From contig OZ024742.1 of the NCBI GenBank assembly GCA_964016885.1, positions 188,480,001-188,544,000 on the forward strand: 64,000 nt of DNA. Reading direction: 5' to 3'. A program made the position numbers and the translations under genes. Under the pieces are notes generated by a model. That model did not search any database, was not told where the DNA came from, and was given only the letters and a program-made list of their open reading frames with translations. Positions 1 to 10,130 of the stretch are shown here, in pieces. Position 1 is the stretch's first letter. Every line of letters begins with the position of its first letter. Source of the DNA: Eledone cirrhosa. Its lineage: Eukaryota.

Positions 1-585
1 GAGGACGCTCAAGAGATTACTATCTCAAATTAGAAGAAGCGAATCTTAGAAAAATAAAATAAAACAGCGTCCATATTTGTTCATTACTAATGTGCTAGAG
101 TAAACCAGGCGAAGATCAATAAATAAATAAATAAATAAATAAATACCAATACAACTAATGCAAGTAAAATAGCCATAACACCACCACCAAAAACGAATAT
201 GAAGAAAAATATCAGAAATATAAAAAAAAGCTAATATTTTACATTCTATTAGCATATAATTTTCTTTTGAAAAAAATATTGAATTTTCACAGTTGTGGAT
301 TTCAGGAAAATTAAAACCCTGTCTTTATTAAACAGACACACAATTGGTTTCTTAATGCCAAGCAAACAGATTTTTAAACCAACAAGAAAACCTGAGAAAT
401 GTTTCAATTTAATCGGATTATTGGAAAGAAAACAATACAGAGAGTAGAGAAGGAAAATATAAAGAAATGATAAAAGAAAATATGAAAGTATTATTGCTAG
501 CATTGTTACTACTACGACTACTATTGTTACTAATTCTAGCATTGATTTATTATTAATTGCAATACTAATGACACGAAATACAATG

Positions 586-645
<60 letters not shown>

Positions 646-666
646 GTACTACTACTACTACTACTG

Positions 667-748
<82 letters not shown>

Positions 749-760
749 ATTACTACTACT
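586..760. repeat. (CTA)n microsatellite with short (CTG)n block
   Basis: Direct reading; explains the spurious poly-T/Y/C ORF 568-762. Confidence 0.97.
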
Positions 761-788
761 AGAGTTTTATTATTATAACTACAATATG

Positions 789-1010
789 GGCGGTGGATTA
801 CCAGTATTGGGAAAGCGTCGTCCAGTATGCTTCGTGACAGAGTGTTATGGCCCTTTACGTTTGGATTTCAAGTTCTGTCCAGGTCATCTTTGCCTTTCTT
901 CCCTGCGGCTTCGATAAAATATAATACCAGTAATGTACTTGGGTCGATATAAACGACTTTCCGCAACCCCCAAATCGCTGACCTTGTACCTAAATCAGAA
1001 ATCATTATTA
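789..1010 (+). mobile_element. tRNA-derived SINE, diverged copy 1 of a head-to-tail array
   Basis: GGCGGTGGATT head, TTTGCCTTTC..TCGATAAAAT..TACCAG core and CCTTGTACCTAAATCAGAAATCATTATTA tail, all shared with the adjacent copies. Confidence 0.8.
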
Positions 1011-1015
1011 CTAAT

Positions 1016-1210
1016 GTTGATTGGCAGTATCGGTAGAGAGTCGGACACCATGCTTTGAAGCACAGAGTTGCGTCCCTTTATGATCTGAGTTCAAATCCCG
1101 CCGAGGTTAACTTTGCCTCTCATCCCTACGGAGTCGATAAAATAAAGTACCAGTAATGTACTGGTGAATTGCTGGCCTTGTGCCTAAAATAGAAACAATT
1201 ATTACTAATA
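1016..1210 (+). mobile_element. tRNA-derived SINE copy 2
   Basis: A-box-like TGGCAGTATCGG, B-box GAGTTCAAATCC, shared core, (ATT) tail. Confidence 0.88.
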
Positions 1211-1216
1211 TAATAA

Positions 1217-1411
1217 GGCGGTGGATTGGCAGTATCGGTAGATGGTCGGACGCCATGCTTTGCAGCAAAGAGTTACGGCCCTTTATGGGCTGAGTTCAAA
1301 TCCCGCCGAGGTTAACTTTGCCTTTCATCCTTACGGGGTCGATAAAATAAAGTACCAGTAACGTACTGGATAATTGCTGGCCTTGTGCCAAATGTAGAAA
1401 CAATTATTATT
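1217..1411 (+). mobile_element. tRNA-derived SINE copy 3
   Basis: Closely similar to copy 2; B-box GAGTTCAAATCC; ends TAGAAACAATTATTATT. Confidence 0.88.
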
Positions 1412-1423
1412 AATGTAATAATT

Positions 1424-1640
1424 GGCGATAGAATACCAGAATCGTTAGAGCGTTGGACAAAACACTTCGATGTATTTACTTTCGTTGCTTTACGTTATAA
1501 ATTCAGGACGCCCCTCTCAGATAAAGGTATATCTAACTGATCAGGGGTCGATAAATTAATGACAAATTTTAGGGTGAATATAATTGAAGTTCTTCTCACC
1601 CCAAAATTGTTGGTTTTGTGTCAAAATTGGAAACTGATTC
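1424..1640 (+). mobile_element. tRNA-derived SINE copy 4, old and diverged
   Basis: CAGAATCGTTAGAGCG head, GGGGTCGATAAATT core, CCCCAAAATTG..TTGTG..AAATTGGAAAC tail. Confidence 0.65.
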
Positions 1641-2471
1641 CTAAAATAAATACAATATATATAACTCGAAAGACAATAATAGATACAATAAACTATGGCA
1701 ACCGCTGCAAAATGTCAAAGACATAAAGGACATAAACAAAACCAATAACAATAAATTCTATAAACAATTTATCAACAACAGCATTACTGAAATGGAGCAA
1801 TAAAACCATCAGTCTCTAAAAAAAAACGAAAAAAAAAAAACAAGAAAAAAAAAATGTAAGACAATCAGAACAAAATGTAGAATCAAAATATCAGGAAGAG
1901 AATTCTTCTGATTATTATACAACTATAAGAAGAAAATTGTGCCACAATTTCTAAATTACTCCATTCGAAGCAGAAATAAAAATATGAAGAAAAACGTCAC
2001 CTGCAGAAAAAAAAAGAAAAGGAAAAAGAATACAAATAAACATGATCTAAGAATTGGTGAGAAGTTTGTTGGCAGTTTGAGAAAAGGTATGGAAGAAACG
2101 ATATGTACTAAAATTAGAGAAAAGATATGGAACAAGCAAAAGATAATTAAATAATAAAGACGAAAATAAACAGAAGTGGAACAAAAACACAAAAGTAGCA
2201 AATAATGTTTTACAATATTCATCATATAGTTATTATTATTATTATTATTATTATTATTGAATGCCATGGTTGACGGAGGCTCGGCTCTGTAAGGTATAGT
2301 AATTTTTAACCGTTAAAACAATTGTAAATTGTTTAAAACTTGAACCAAATTGTTGATAAAGACACCCTCCTCCTCGTGAGAGGGGTCTTTCTGTCCGTTA
2401 TTTGGCCCTTCGGGGTTAAATAACCAGTTATTGGGGTTTTGTACCCAAAATTTCATTTAAAAAAAAAAAAC

Positions 2472-4568
2472 ATGGCTACCAAAAAGAAATTTCATACGTC
2501 ACTCCCACTCATTCCGTCTTCTTCTTCCTCAATCATCACTACAGCAGAGAGAAGATTGTCTCTCTCCCTCCCTTCTTTAAATGTGTCTCTCTCCCTCCCT
2601 TCTCTTTCGCAAGTGACGAAAGAAAAGAAAAGTCTCGTGCAAAGCGTGCAAGGTTTCTCCACGACGACGACGACAGCGACGAAACAGGTGTGCGGGAAAT
2701 ACGAAAACCCAGTTCATTCGTCTGACGTCAGGAATAATAGCAGTAGCAGCCGTAATAACAACAGCAACAGTGACAATGAAAACAACAGTAGCAGCCGCAA
2801 CAGCATCACCAGTAGCATAAACAACAACAGCATTAGCAGCAGCAACACCAACAACAACCACAGCAACAGCGGCGGAGGCAGTAGTCGTAGTACCTGCAGC
2901 AACAACAAAAGTACCAGCAGCTCTGACGACAACAACAACAGCAGAGAAAAACCAATCTCATTTGCAGGTATTGCGAAAAATTTGGAAACAATCCTCATAA
3001 CAAATGAGGAATTAGAGGAAGCGAAGAAGATGGTGACAAAGAACGGACACCGAGCAATCTGCAAGGCAGCGAAAAATTTTTTCGAAACCCAAGAGCACTG
3101 TACGGTCACGTACCGTACAGTAAGTACAAAATCCCGTAGGGTGGAAAGAGCCACAGAGGCCCAAATACAAAAAGCCTTGGGGTCTGTGTGGCAGCGGAAA
3201 ACGCACATCACCCGAGGCAAAAAATATGCCACCGTAGACGTACTTTTTGCCACACCCCAGGAGGCAAAGGCCCAATCAGTAGTGACCCTAAGGAGCGAGG
3301 AAATGGTGTTGGTGCCCTCCTACTGTGGGCAAAAAATTGTGAGGGTCAAACTGACCCACGTCCCCCCCGGAATGACCCCTTCTTGGCTGGCCGCGTCTGT
3401 CCTCGTCGGAATCGAGGACAAAACAACTGTACTGCAAGTACAGAAAAAAGTAAGAGAAGATTGGGTCGGCTCCTCCATTGAGATGCTAATCCAAACCAAC
3501 CAGGAGTGCATCGAAGCTATCCCGGATGTGATAGACTTCGATAACGGCACTCAACTGCCCATAAGTGTTGAGGGCAAACGCCCGAAATGCTTTCGCTGTG
3601 GATCGAAGACTCACCTCAGGGCCTTCTGCAACGAGAAGACCCTGAGAAAGGAGAAAACCCCCCTCCTTCCGAATCCGGCTCCACGGCTACCAGCAACAGG
3701 ACAAGCGGCAACCAGGAACGATAGGCCCGTGGCACCCATACCCACTCCACGGAAATCAAAAACAGCAGCAGCAGTGGAAATACTAACAACAACAACAGCA
3801 ATACCAAATGCAGCTGCAACAGAGACTCCAGTGCAAACATCACCAACAACAACAAGTGAAAGAGTGGAGTTGGTACCCCTCCCCGACCTCACAGAATCAG
3901 ACATGGAGTGTGAGGTGGGAGAGAGATGGCAAAAGGTCGTAAGAAGGCACAAACGCAGAAGCAGCGCATCGTCGCCTTTGAAAAGTGAGGAAAGAAATGA
4001 GAAAAGGGTAAAGTCTACTGCAAAGAGACCCACAGCAGCAACAACACCAACACCATCACCACCCACACTAGCGCCACCATCACCACCGGCGACAACCCCA
4101 CCGCCAACAACACCTTCAACACCACCACCACAAGCACCAACATCGCAAACACAACAACAAAACACACACACCCAGCAACAACGACAAGAAAATAGCAGAA
4201 CCACACCCCACTCCCAGAAAAACAAATGCACGGCAATAAATACACACAACAAGAAACTAATGACTTACATAATTGAACACACAGACATTTCACAACAGGA
4301 CTACATAATACCAGCACCAATCAAAACGCCAACTAACATAAGACTGCTAAAAATAGCACAGAAACAATACACAAATATTAAAACGAAATTCCCCAACGCA
4401 GTTGGTGATTTCAGGGACCTAGGAGGAACCATCAATCGAAGAGTATACTCAGACATTCTCTTAGAAGAGCCGACGACCAGCCGAAGGGACGATTCAACGG
4501 TCCCTTCACCAGACGATCAAGTGAAAAGGGATGTAAAAACCATCCCTCCTCTACCAAAAGTACGGTAA
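2472..4568 (+). CDS. Tx1-type ORF1 (gag-like nucleic-acid-binding protein)
   Basis: First ATG at 2472 in the 2439 ORF frame; Asn/Ser low-complexity N-terminus; CCHC knuckle CFRCGSKTHLRAFC; Pro/Thr-rich linker. Confidence 0.92.
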   Translation: MATKKKFHTSLPLIPSSSSSIITTAERRLSLSLPSLNVSLSLPSLSQVTKEKKSLVQSVQGFSTTTTTATKQVCGKYENPVHSSDVRNNSSSSRNNNSNSDNENNSSSRNSITSSINNNSISSSNTNNNHSNSGGGSSRSTCSNNKSTSSSDDNNNSREKPISFAGIAKNLETILITNEELEEAKKMVTKNGHRAICKAAKNFFETQEHCTVTYRTVSTKSRRVERATEAQIQKALGSVWQRKTHITRGKKYATVDVLFATPQEAKAQSVVTLRSEEMVLVPSYCGQKIVRVKLTHVPPGMTPSWLAASVLVGIEDKTTVLQVQKKVREDWVGSSIEMLIQTNQECIEAIPDVIDFDNGTQLPISVEGKRPKCFRCGSKTHLRAFCNEKTLRKEKTPLLPNPAPRLPATGQAATRNDRPVAPIPTPRKSKTAAAVEILTTTTAIPNAAATETPVQTSPTTTSERVELVPLPDLTESDMECEVGERWQKVVRRHKRRSSASSPLKSEERNEKRVKSTAKRPTAATTPTPSPPTLAPPSPPATTPPPTTPSTPPPQAPTSQTQQQNTHTQQQRQENSRTTPHSQKNKCTAINTHNKKLMTYIIEHTDISQQDYIIPAPIKTPTNIRLLKIAQKQYTNIKTKFPNAVGDFRDLGGTINRRVYSDILLEEPTTSRRDDSTVPSPDDQVKRDVKTIPPLPKVR

Positions 4569-4603
4569 GTGGTCTTTCCCATCTTTTCCACTCTATTTTA
4601 AAC

Positions 4604-7600
4604 ATGACCTCACTCAGAATAGGCAGCATAAATGCGCGTGGCTTGGGGTCGTCATGGAAGCAGGGTCACCTGCTCAACGACCTCAGGTCACTAAACATAG
4701 ATGTAGTGGCCATCAGCGAGACCAGAATCTCCGAAGCACGGGCCTTCGCACCGATCTTCGGCGGCTTCGATGTGTACGCATCTCCCAGCCGTCCTGGACC
4801 CGGTGGAGGAGTTGCTGTGCTTTTTCGGAGAGGTTTGGATCTCGCCATACGGGCCATCTTCCTGGACCCAGAGGGTAAGCTGGTGGTGCTGGACGTGACC
4901 AGCGGAGACGGGCAAGCTTTCAGGCTAGTGGCCGTCTATGCCCCGACAGGAGCAGGGCGGCCTGATTTCTTCCGGCGTCTGGAGACCTTTCTTGGAACGT
5001 CCCGCTCTTTAGTGTTAGTGGGCGACTGGAACGGGATCTTAGATGCACGCTGGGACTGTGTGGGATTAGCGGATAGGGGTGGAGGGTGCAAGAGCCTCAC
5101 CAACCTGCTCAGGCGTTTTGAACTGTCTGACAGGTACCGATTGGATTTCCCGAATGTGCCAATGTGGACTTGGACAAACCGCATAGGGTCATCCAGATCA
5201 TATCTAGATAGAGTATTTTGTAGGGAAATAGATAGGTCTAGCATAGGCTGTCCAGAATTCAAGATAGTCAGCTACACGGACCACAAATTCGTGATCTGTG
5301 TGCTTGACTTAGATAGGCTTCATAGACGAGGACCCGGCTACTGGAAGCTAAACGCGTCCTTACCAGCGCGCAAGGCCTACAGAGACCGGATTAGCGAACT
5401 AGTTAAGCGGGCGTTGACGGGGGCCATCGTCAACAACAAGTGGTGGTTTGCTCTGAAAAGAGCGATTAGAATAGAATCGATTAGGTTTAGTAAGGCTTTA
5501 GCAATAGAGAAAAATAGAGCAGAGGGAGAACTAGTTAGAAAATTAGACGAGGCGCTTAGCAAAGGCATTGCGACCGACGTGCTTGCGGCGAAATTGGCCC
5601 TTGACCAATTCTTCAATGCAAAGCACGAAGGCTGCGTTGTCAGAGCTAGGGTGCGTGCTCTCAGACACGAGGGGACGAAAGCCGTTCAATGGGCCCGAGT
5701 GGCGGAGGCGCGTCGTGGCAACAAAGCCACGATCCGGTCTTTGGTGGACCACGACGGGCGCATGCTACTCGATCCCGGGAAAATGTGTGAAGCTTTTCAG
5801 CGACACTTCGCTCAGCTGTTCGGGGGCAGCGGGGGGCCGGGTAGAGGGATGGACTTTAGTGTCTACCTCGACGGACTGCCGCGGCTCTCGGCCACTGAGG
5901 CGAAGTGTTGCGAAAAGCCGATAACAGCCGCTGAAGTACGGGAGGCAATGACTGGCTGCACAAGGGGTAAATCGCCTGGTTTGGATGGTCTGCCCTATGA
6001 ACTTTACGTACAGATGCCAGACTTGTTCGGAGGCCTCTTGGCGGACGTCTACTGCAACTGGCAACAGAACGGGAGAATTCCCAGTTCTGTGAGCCGAGGA
6101 GCGGTGGCACTGCTGAGAAAGGATCCGAACAAGGGGGATAACATAGACAATTTCCGGCCCATAACTCTGCTAAACACAGAGTTTAAGATTTTGGCCAAGG
6201 TGCTAGCAAAGAGGTTGGCGCTTGTCGTTGGTGGTCTGGTGGGAGAGGCGCAGACATGCGCCATTCCCGACAGATCCATCCACGACAACCTCCACCTCAT
6301 GCGATACATCGTAGAGAGGGTAGCTAGGGAACCTGGCACGGGTGGGTCCTTGATCAATTTAGATCAGTCGAAAGCTTTCGATAGGGTCGACCATCGTTAC
6401 CTAGCGGCAGTCCTGAGGGCGGCTGGCTTTGGGCCCGTCTTCAGAGGCTGGATCGCTGCCATGCACAGCGACATCTGCTCTGTGGTGAGAGTGAACGGTC
6501 ACCTGTCGGAACCGTTCAACATCATGCGCTCGGTCCGCCAAGGATGTCCCCTCTCGTCCCTCTTGTACGTATTGACTCTCGAGCCATTACTGCACAAACT
6601 GGAGACGTTGAGGGGAGTCCCGCGCGAACTAGGATGCGGAAGATCCGTGTCAGCATATGCGGACGATGTCACCGTAGTGGTGTCGAACGCCAAACACATC
6701 GAGGCGATCGGCACTACACTAAGAGAATACGAAGCGGTGACAGGAGCAATGATCAACCAGGAAAAGTCAGTGGGCCTGCAGCTCGGCACCTGGAGAGGCA
6801 GGTCCATGCCGTCCAACAGCGTCGTCGGGCGCTGGACGGACGGACCGGTTAAATTGCTAGGGGTCTGGTTCGGTCCGGACCTCCAGACGGACAAAAACTG
6901 GGACGAGGTGACGAGCAGGGTGGCTTCTCTCACCCAGAAATGGGCGGAGAGGAAGCTATCCCTGAAAGGTCGAGCGGAGGTGGCTAACGCGTACATCGCG
7001 TCTGTCATCTGCTACCGCCTAACCGTCGTACCTTGTCCTAAGCCTCGCCTGACTGCGCTGGAGCGTTTGCTCTTTCGCTTTTTGTGGAAGGGACGTGCTC
7101 CGATGGTCAGGCGGTCCATCTGTTGTCAACACCCGCTACGTGGAGGGCTGGGCATGCCGTGGCTGATGATGCGCAGGCACGCGCTCAGGCTACGACATCT
7201 CCACCTCTTCCTCGACGGTGATCAGGTGTGGTCGCCGTTTGCTAGACGCGTTTTTCCCCAGCTCGTTTCCTTGACGGAGCTGCAGTCCTGGGTCAAGCGA
7301 AGACCGAGAGGGAGCGCCTGGAGACTGGAATGTCTTCAGGCGCTCACAGCCCTCGACCAATCGGGCAATGTGATCGGTGGAAACTCCACCTCGGCGTTCT
7401 ATAGAGGATTAGTGGAGGGGAAGAGCGACGACGTACTTGGGGAAACTCTAGGCGTCGACGAAAATCAACTAGCCAATCTCTTCGGAAGAACTTTCGGGCC
7501 GGGGCCTATGGACAACTTCCAGAAATCTCTGGCCTGGCAGTGCTACCGAGGAGCCTTGCCAGTTCGGGATAAACTCTACAGGCATGGAGGTGCCGTCAGC

Positions 7601-8023
7601 CGGGCATGTCCGAGATGCGCGCAGGGCGACGAAACCGTCCTGCACGCACTCGTCCAGTGTCCGAAAATTGCTGACTTGTGGGTTTATGTCGAACACCTGC
7701 TGTCGCGTTTAGGACGGATCCAGCTATCATCTGAGTCTATCGTGAGGATTGCCCCGCCCTCCTCCTTTAGCCGGGAAGGGCAGGCAGTTTTTATCTGTCT
7801 GGTGGCCATGGCGAAAGAGATAGTATGGTGGACACGTTTGAAAGGGCTGAAGACGAGCACTTACCTCTTCGGTGATGCTCTGATTGACTTTTTCAAATTT
7901 CATTTGAAAAGGAAAATCAGAGTAGAGAAGGAAGTGCTCTCTTCCCAGCATTTTGTTGAAAGATGGGTGAGAGAAGCAAGAATGGCCCGTGTGAATGGGC
8001 CGACTCTGAGTATATATCTGTAA
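4604..8023 (+). CDS. Tx1-type ORF2: APE endonuclease + reverse transcriptase + C-terminal zinc finger
   Basis: APE motifs SINARGL, SETR, VYAP, GDWN, SYLDR, TDHK; RT motifs KSPGLDG, FRPITLLN, DQSKAFDRV, RQGCPLS, YADD; CPRC..ETVLHALVQC; 1139 aa uninterrupted. Confidence 0.97.
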   Translation: MTSLRIGSINARGLGSSWKQGHLLNDLRSLNIDVVAISETRISEARAFAPIFGGFDVYASPSRPGPGGGVAVLFRRGLDLAIRAIFLDPEGKLVVLDVTSGDGQAFRLVAVYAPTGAGRPDFFRRLETFLGTSRSLVLVGDWNGILDARWDCVGLADRGGGCKSLTNLLRRFELSDRYRLDFPNVPMWTWTNRIGSSRSYLDRVFCREIDRSSIGCPEFKIVSYTDHKFVICVLDLDRLHRRGPGYWKLNASLPARKAYRDRISELVKRALTGAIVNNKWWFALKRAIRIESIRFSKALAIEKNRAEGELVRKLDEALSKGIATDVLAAKLALDQFFNAKHEGCVVRARVRALRHEGTKAVQWARVAEARRGNKATIRSLVDHDGRMLLDPGKMCEAFQRHFAQLFGGSGGPGRGMDFSVYLDGLPRLSATEAKCCEKPITAAEVREAMTGCTRGKSPGLDGLPYELYVQMPDLFGGLLADVYCNWQQNGRIPSSVSRGAVALLRKDPNKGDNIDNFRPITLLNTEFKILAKVLAKRLALVVGGLVGEAQTCAIPDRSIHDNLHLMRYIVERVAREPGTGGSLINLDQSKAFDRVDHRYLAAVLRAAGFGPVFRGWIAAMHSDICSVVRVNGHLSEPFNIMRSVRQGCPLSSLLYVLTLEPLLHKLETLRGVPRELGCGRSVSAYADDVTVVVSNAKHIEAIGTTLREYEAVTGAMINQEKSVGLQLGTWRGRSMPSNSVVGRWTDGPVKLLGVWFGPDLQTDKNWDEVTSRVASLTQKWAERKLSLKGRAEVANAYIASVICYRLTVVPCPKPRLTALERLLFRFLWKGRAPMVRRSICCQHPLRGGLGMPWLMMRRHALRLRHLHLFLDGDQVWSPFARRVFPQLVSLTELQSWVKRRPRGSAWRLECLQALTALDQSGNVIGGNSTSAFYRGLVEGKSDDVLGETLGVDENQLANLFGRTFGPGPMDNFQKSLAWQCYRGALPVRDKLYRHGGAVSRACPRCAQGDETVLHALVQCPKIADLWVYVEHLLSRLGRIQLSSESIVRIAPPSSFSREGQAVFICLVAMAKEIVWWTRLKGLKTSTYLFGDALIDFFKFHLKRKIRVEKEVLSSQHFVERWVREARMARVNGPTLSIYL

Positions 8024-8283
8024 ACTAAAGGTGGAAAACTGGGAGAGGGCACTTGCCTTGGTGGTCAGGGTCATTGTGGCTTTTTACTGGGCTTTCTCCA
8101 CAAATGTCCCTCCGAAGTCTCCCCCCTATTGGGGAATTTTTCATTGTTATTTTCATTGTTATTTTTGTTACATCCTCTGTTTTTGTTTTTTTACACGCAG
8201 AAATGCCCATTTGTACCGTCCTGCATTGTCCTGCACTGTCCTTAATGTCTACTTTATGTAAACCCTTGTGGTTAATAAAGAAA

Positions 8284-8338
<55 letters not shown>

Positions 8339-8748
8339 TAATAATATTTTTTATTGTTTTTTCTTCTACTTAATTTTATTGTGTTCTATATTGTGTTGAA
8401 AACAATTGTTTGCCAACTAAGATTAGTGTTAGCTATGGTGGAAATGTAGAAAAAAATATGAAATTGACAGTTTCTCGATACGTACAGTAAAGCTTTAGGG
8501 TAGATATTTATCTATAGAATCTATAATATAATTAGATCGAATGAGAAAGAAAAAGAGATTTAGAAAGAGATTATCAATGGTTGCTTTACTTGTTAAAAAT
8601 AGCAACCCACGCTCCCTCAATTCTCACTAAAAGAAGAACCTATTGTATAATGTATTCATAGATATACATGCATACATACATACATACATACATACATACA
8701 TACATACATACATACATACATACATACATACATACATACATACATACA

Positions 8749-9436
8749 GTTCGTAAAAAAGATAGCCCCGATAATAAACACATTAAAAGCTACAACAATG
8801 TGGAAGACATCCATGTACATAATATGAAAGAGTACTGGTGGAATGTTCCAGAAAAACCCCCAATAAAATGCAGGCATAATAGACCAGATATGATATGGGA
8901 CGAAAGCATGCACAGTAGTGGGAATTAGCTGCCCAGCAGATGTCAATATAATATCAAAGATTAGTGAAAAGGAGAATATTTATGCAGAACTGATGAGAAA
9001 TCTGCAGATACTCCACCCTGATTACACCTTCAGATTTATGCCTGTGGTTATTGGGGCACTGGGGTATGTTAGTAACTGCCTCAATACAAATCTTGAGAAG
9101 ATTGGGTTCACAGGAACAGAAAGAACACAACTAGTTTTGAAATTACAAGTACACATCATTAATGGAACAGTAAAAATATGTAAAACATTCCAAACATTGT
9201 GCATCTAATAACTGCATATACACATGTACAGATGCAAAGCATATACACATTCACACATACAACTCAAAACATACACATCCTCACATGCAATAACATCTAT
9301 ATCTACACATGCATGCATACATACATATCTACCTAGTTGGTCTTGTGTAAATTCCAATGAGAGAGTTTTGTGTCTATGTTAGAAACGGACTCTCTCTCTA
9401 TTGGTAAAACTTTGTGAAATTATAAAACCAGAAGAA
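8749..9436 (+). mobile_element. 5'-truncated R4/Dong-like (restriction-like endonuclease) LINE fragment
   Basis: Frameshifted YWWN..RHNRPDM..ISCP.D.NI..K..EK..Y.EL..MPVVIGALG matches the RLE C-terminus; stop at 9208, then 3' UTR; (CATA)n on both sides. Confidence 0.8.
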
Positions 9437-10008
9437 CATACATACATATATATAGATAGATATGTGTGTGTGAAAAGATAAGAAACGATGATCATTGTCG
9501 GAGCAGCGATAAAACCATGTTATGCTGAGTGTCCTTTGAATCACACTGCTGAGTCTCCATATGTACATATGTATCACATAGCCTCTAATGGAGATGAATA
9601 GTATTAAGATACTTATTTCTTGCTGTTCAACCATATACATTTCCTGTCAACTTACCTCGTACGATCTTTCGAAGAATGTGTACTCATTTTCTAGAAAAAT
9701 AAAGCATATATGAGTTAAACAATTTGCGGCCAATAGAATATCAAAACTAATATTTGAATGACACAATAATATGGTTATGAAGAATTTGAGAAGTTCTACG
9801 TGTAGTGTTTTATTTTAAAGGTTTTTTCTAGAGTTTTCTCTTGACATAACAATATGTACAATCAACCGTCCCAGCTTCTCGTGTATGTGAAAAAAAACAC
9901 CGAGAGAAGCAAACGTTAACGTTTAACAAATCATTTTATCAATATATACACATACATATTTATTTTTTTAAATCATAGGAAAGGATATATATGGTTATAT
10001 GTCTTTGC

Positions 10009-10100
<92 letters not shown>

Positions 10101-10130
10101 ATGTGTGTGTGTGTTCATATGTAGTTGCCG

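Larger units (their letters stand above)
2259..8285 (+). mobile_element. Full-length Tx1/L1-clade non-LTR retrotransposon (copy A), apparently intact
   Basis: Starts immediately after (TTA)n at 2230-2258; 5' UTR, ORF1, ORF2, 3' UTR; ends AATAAAGAAATC followed by (ATT)n at 8286-8337. Confidence 0.95.

Noticed and set aside
1-560. Possible decayed LINE fragment at the window start
   Set aside because: Too degenerate to support any family call.
789-1640. tRNA genes or a CRISPR-like array
   Set aside because: A/B boxes are present without a cloverleaf; the units are about 200-bp SINEs, not short repeats with unique spacers.
2361-2440. HDV-like ribozyme suggested by the TCCTCGT loop in the Tx1 A 5' UTR
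   Set aside because: P3 does not pair around that loop and no P1/P1.1/P2 partners could be placed; simple hairpins fit better.
2577-8074. Antisense and alternate-frame ORFs over Tx1 copy A (and likewise B and C)
   Set aside because: Shadow ORFs of GC-rich or low-complexity coding sequence.
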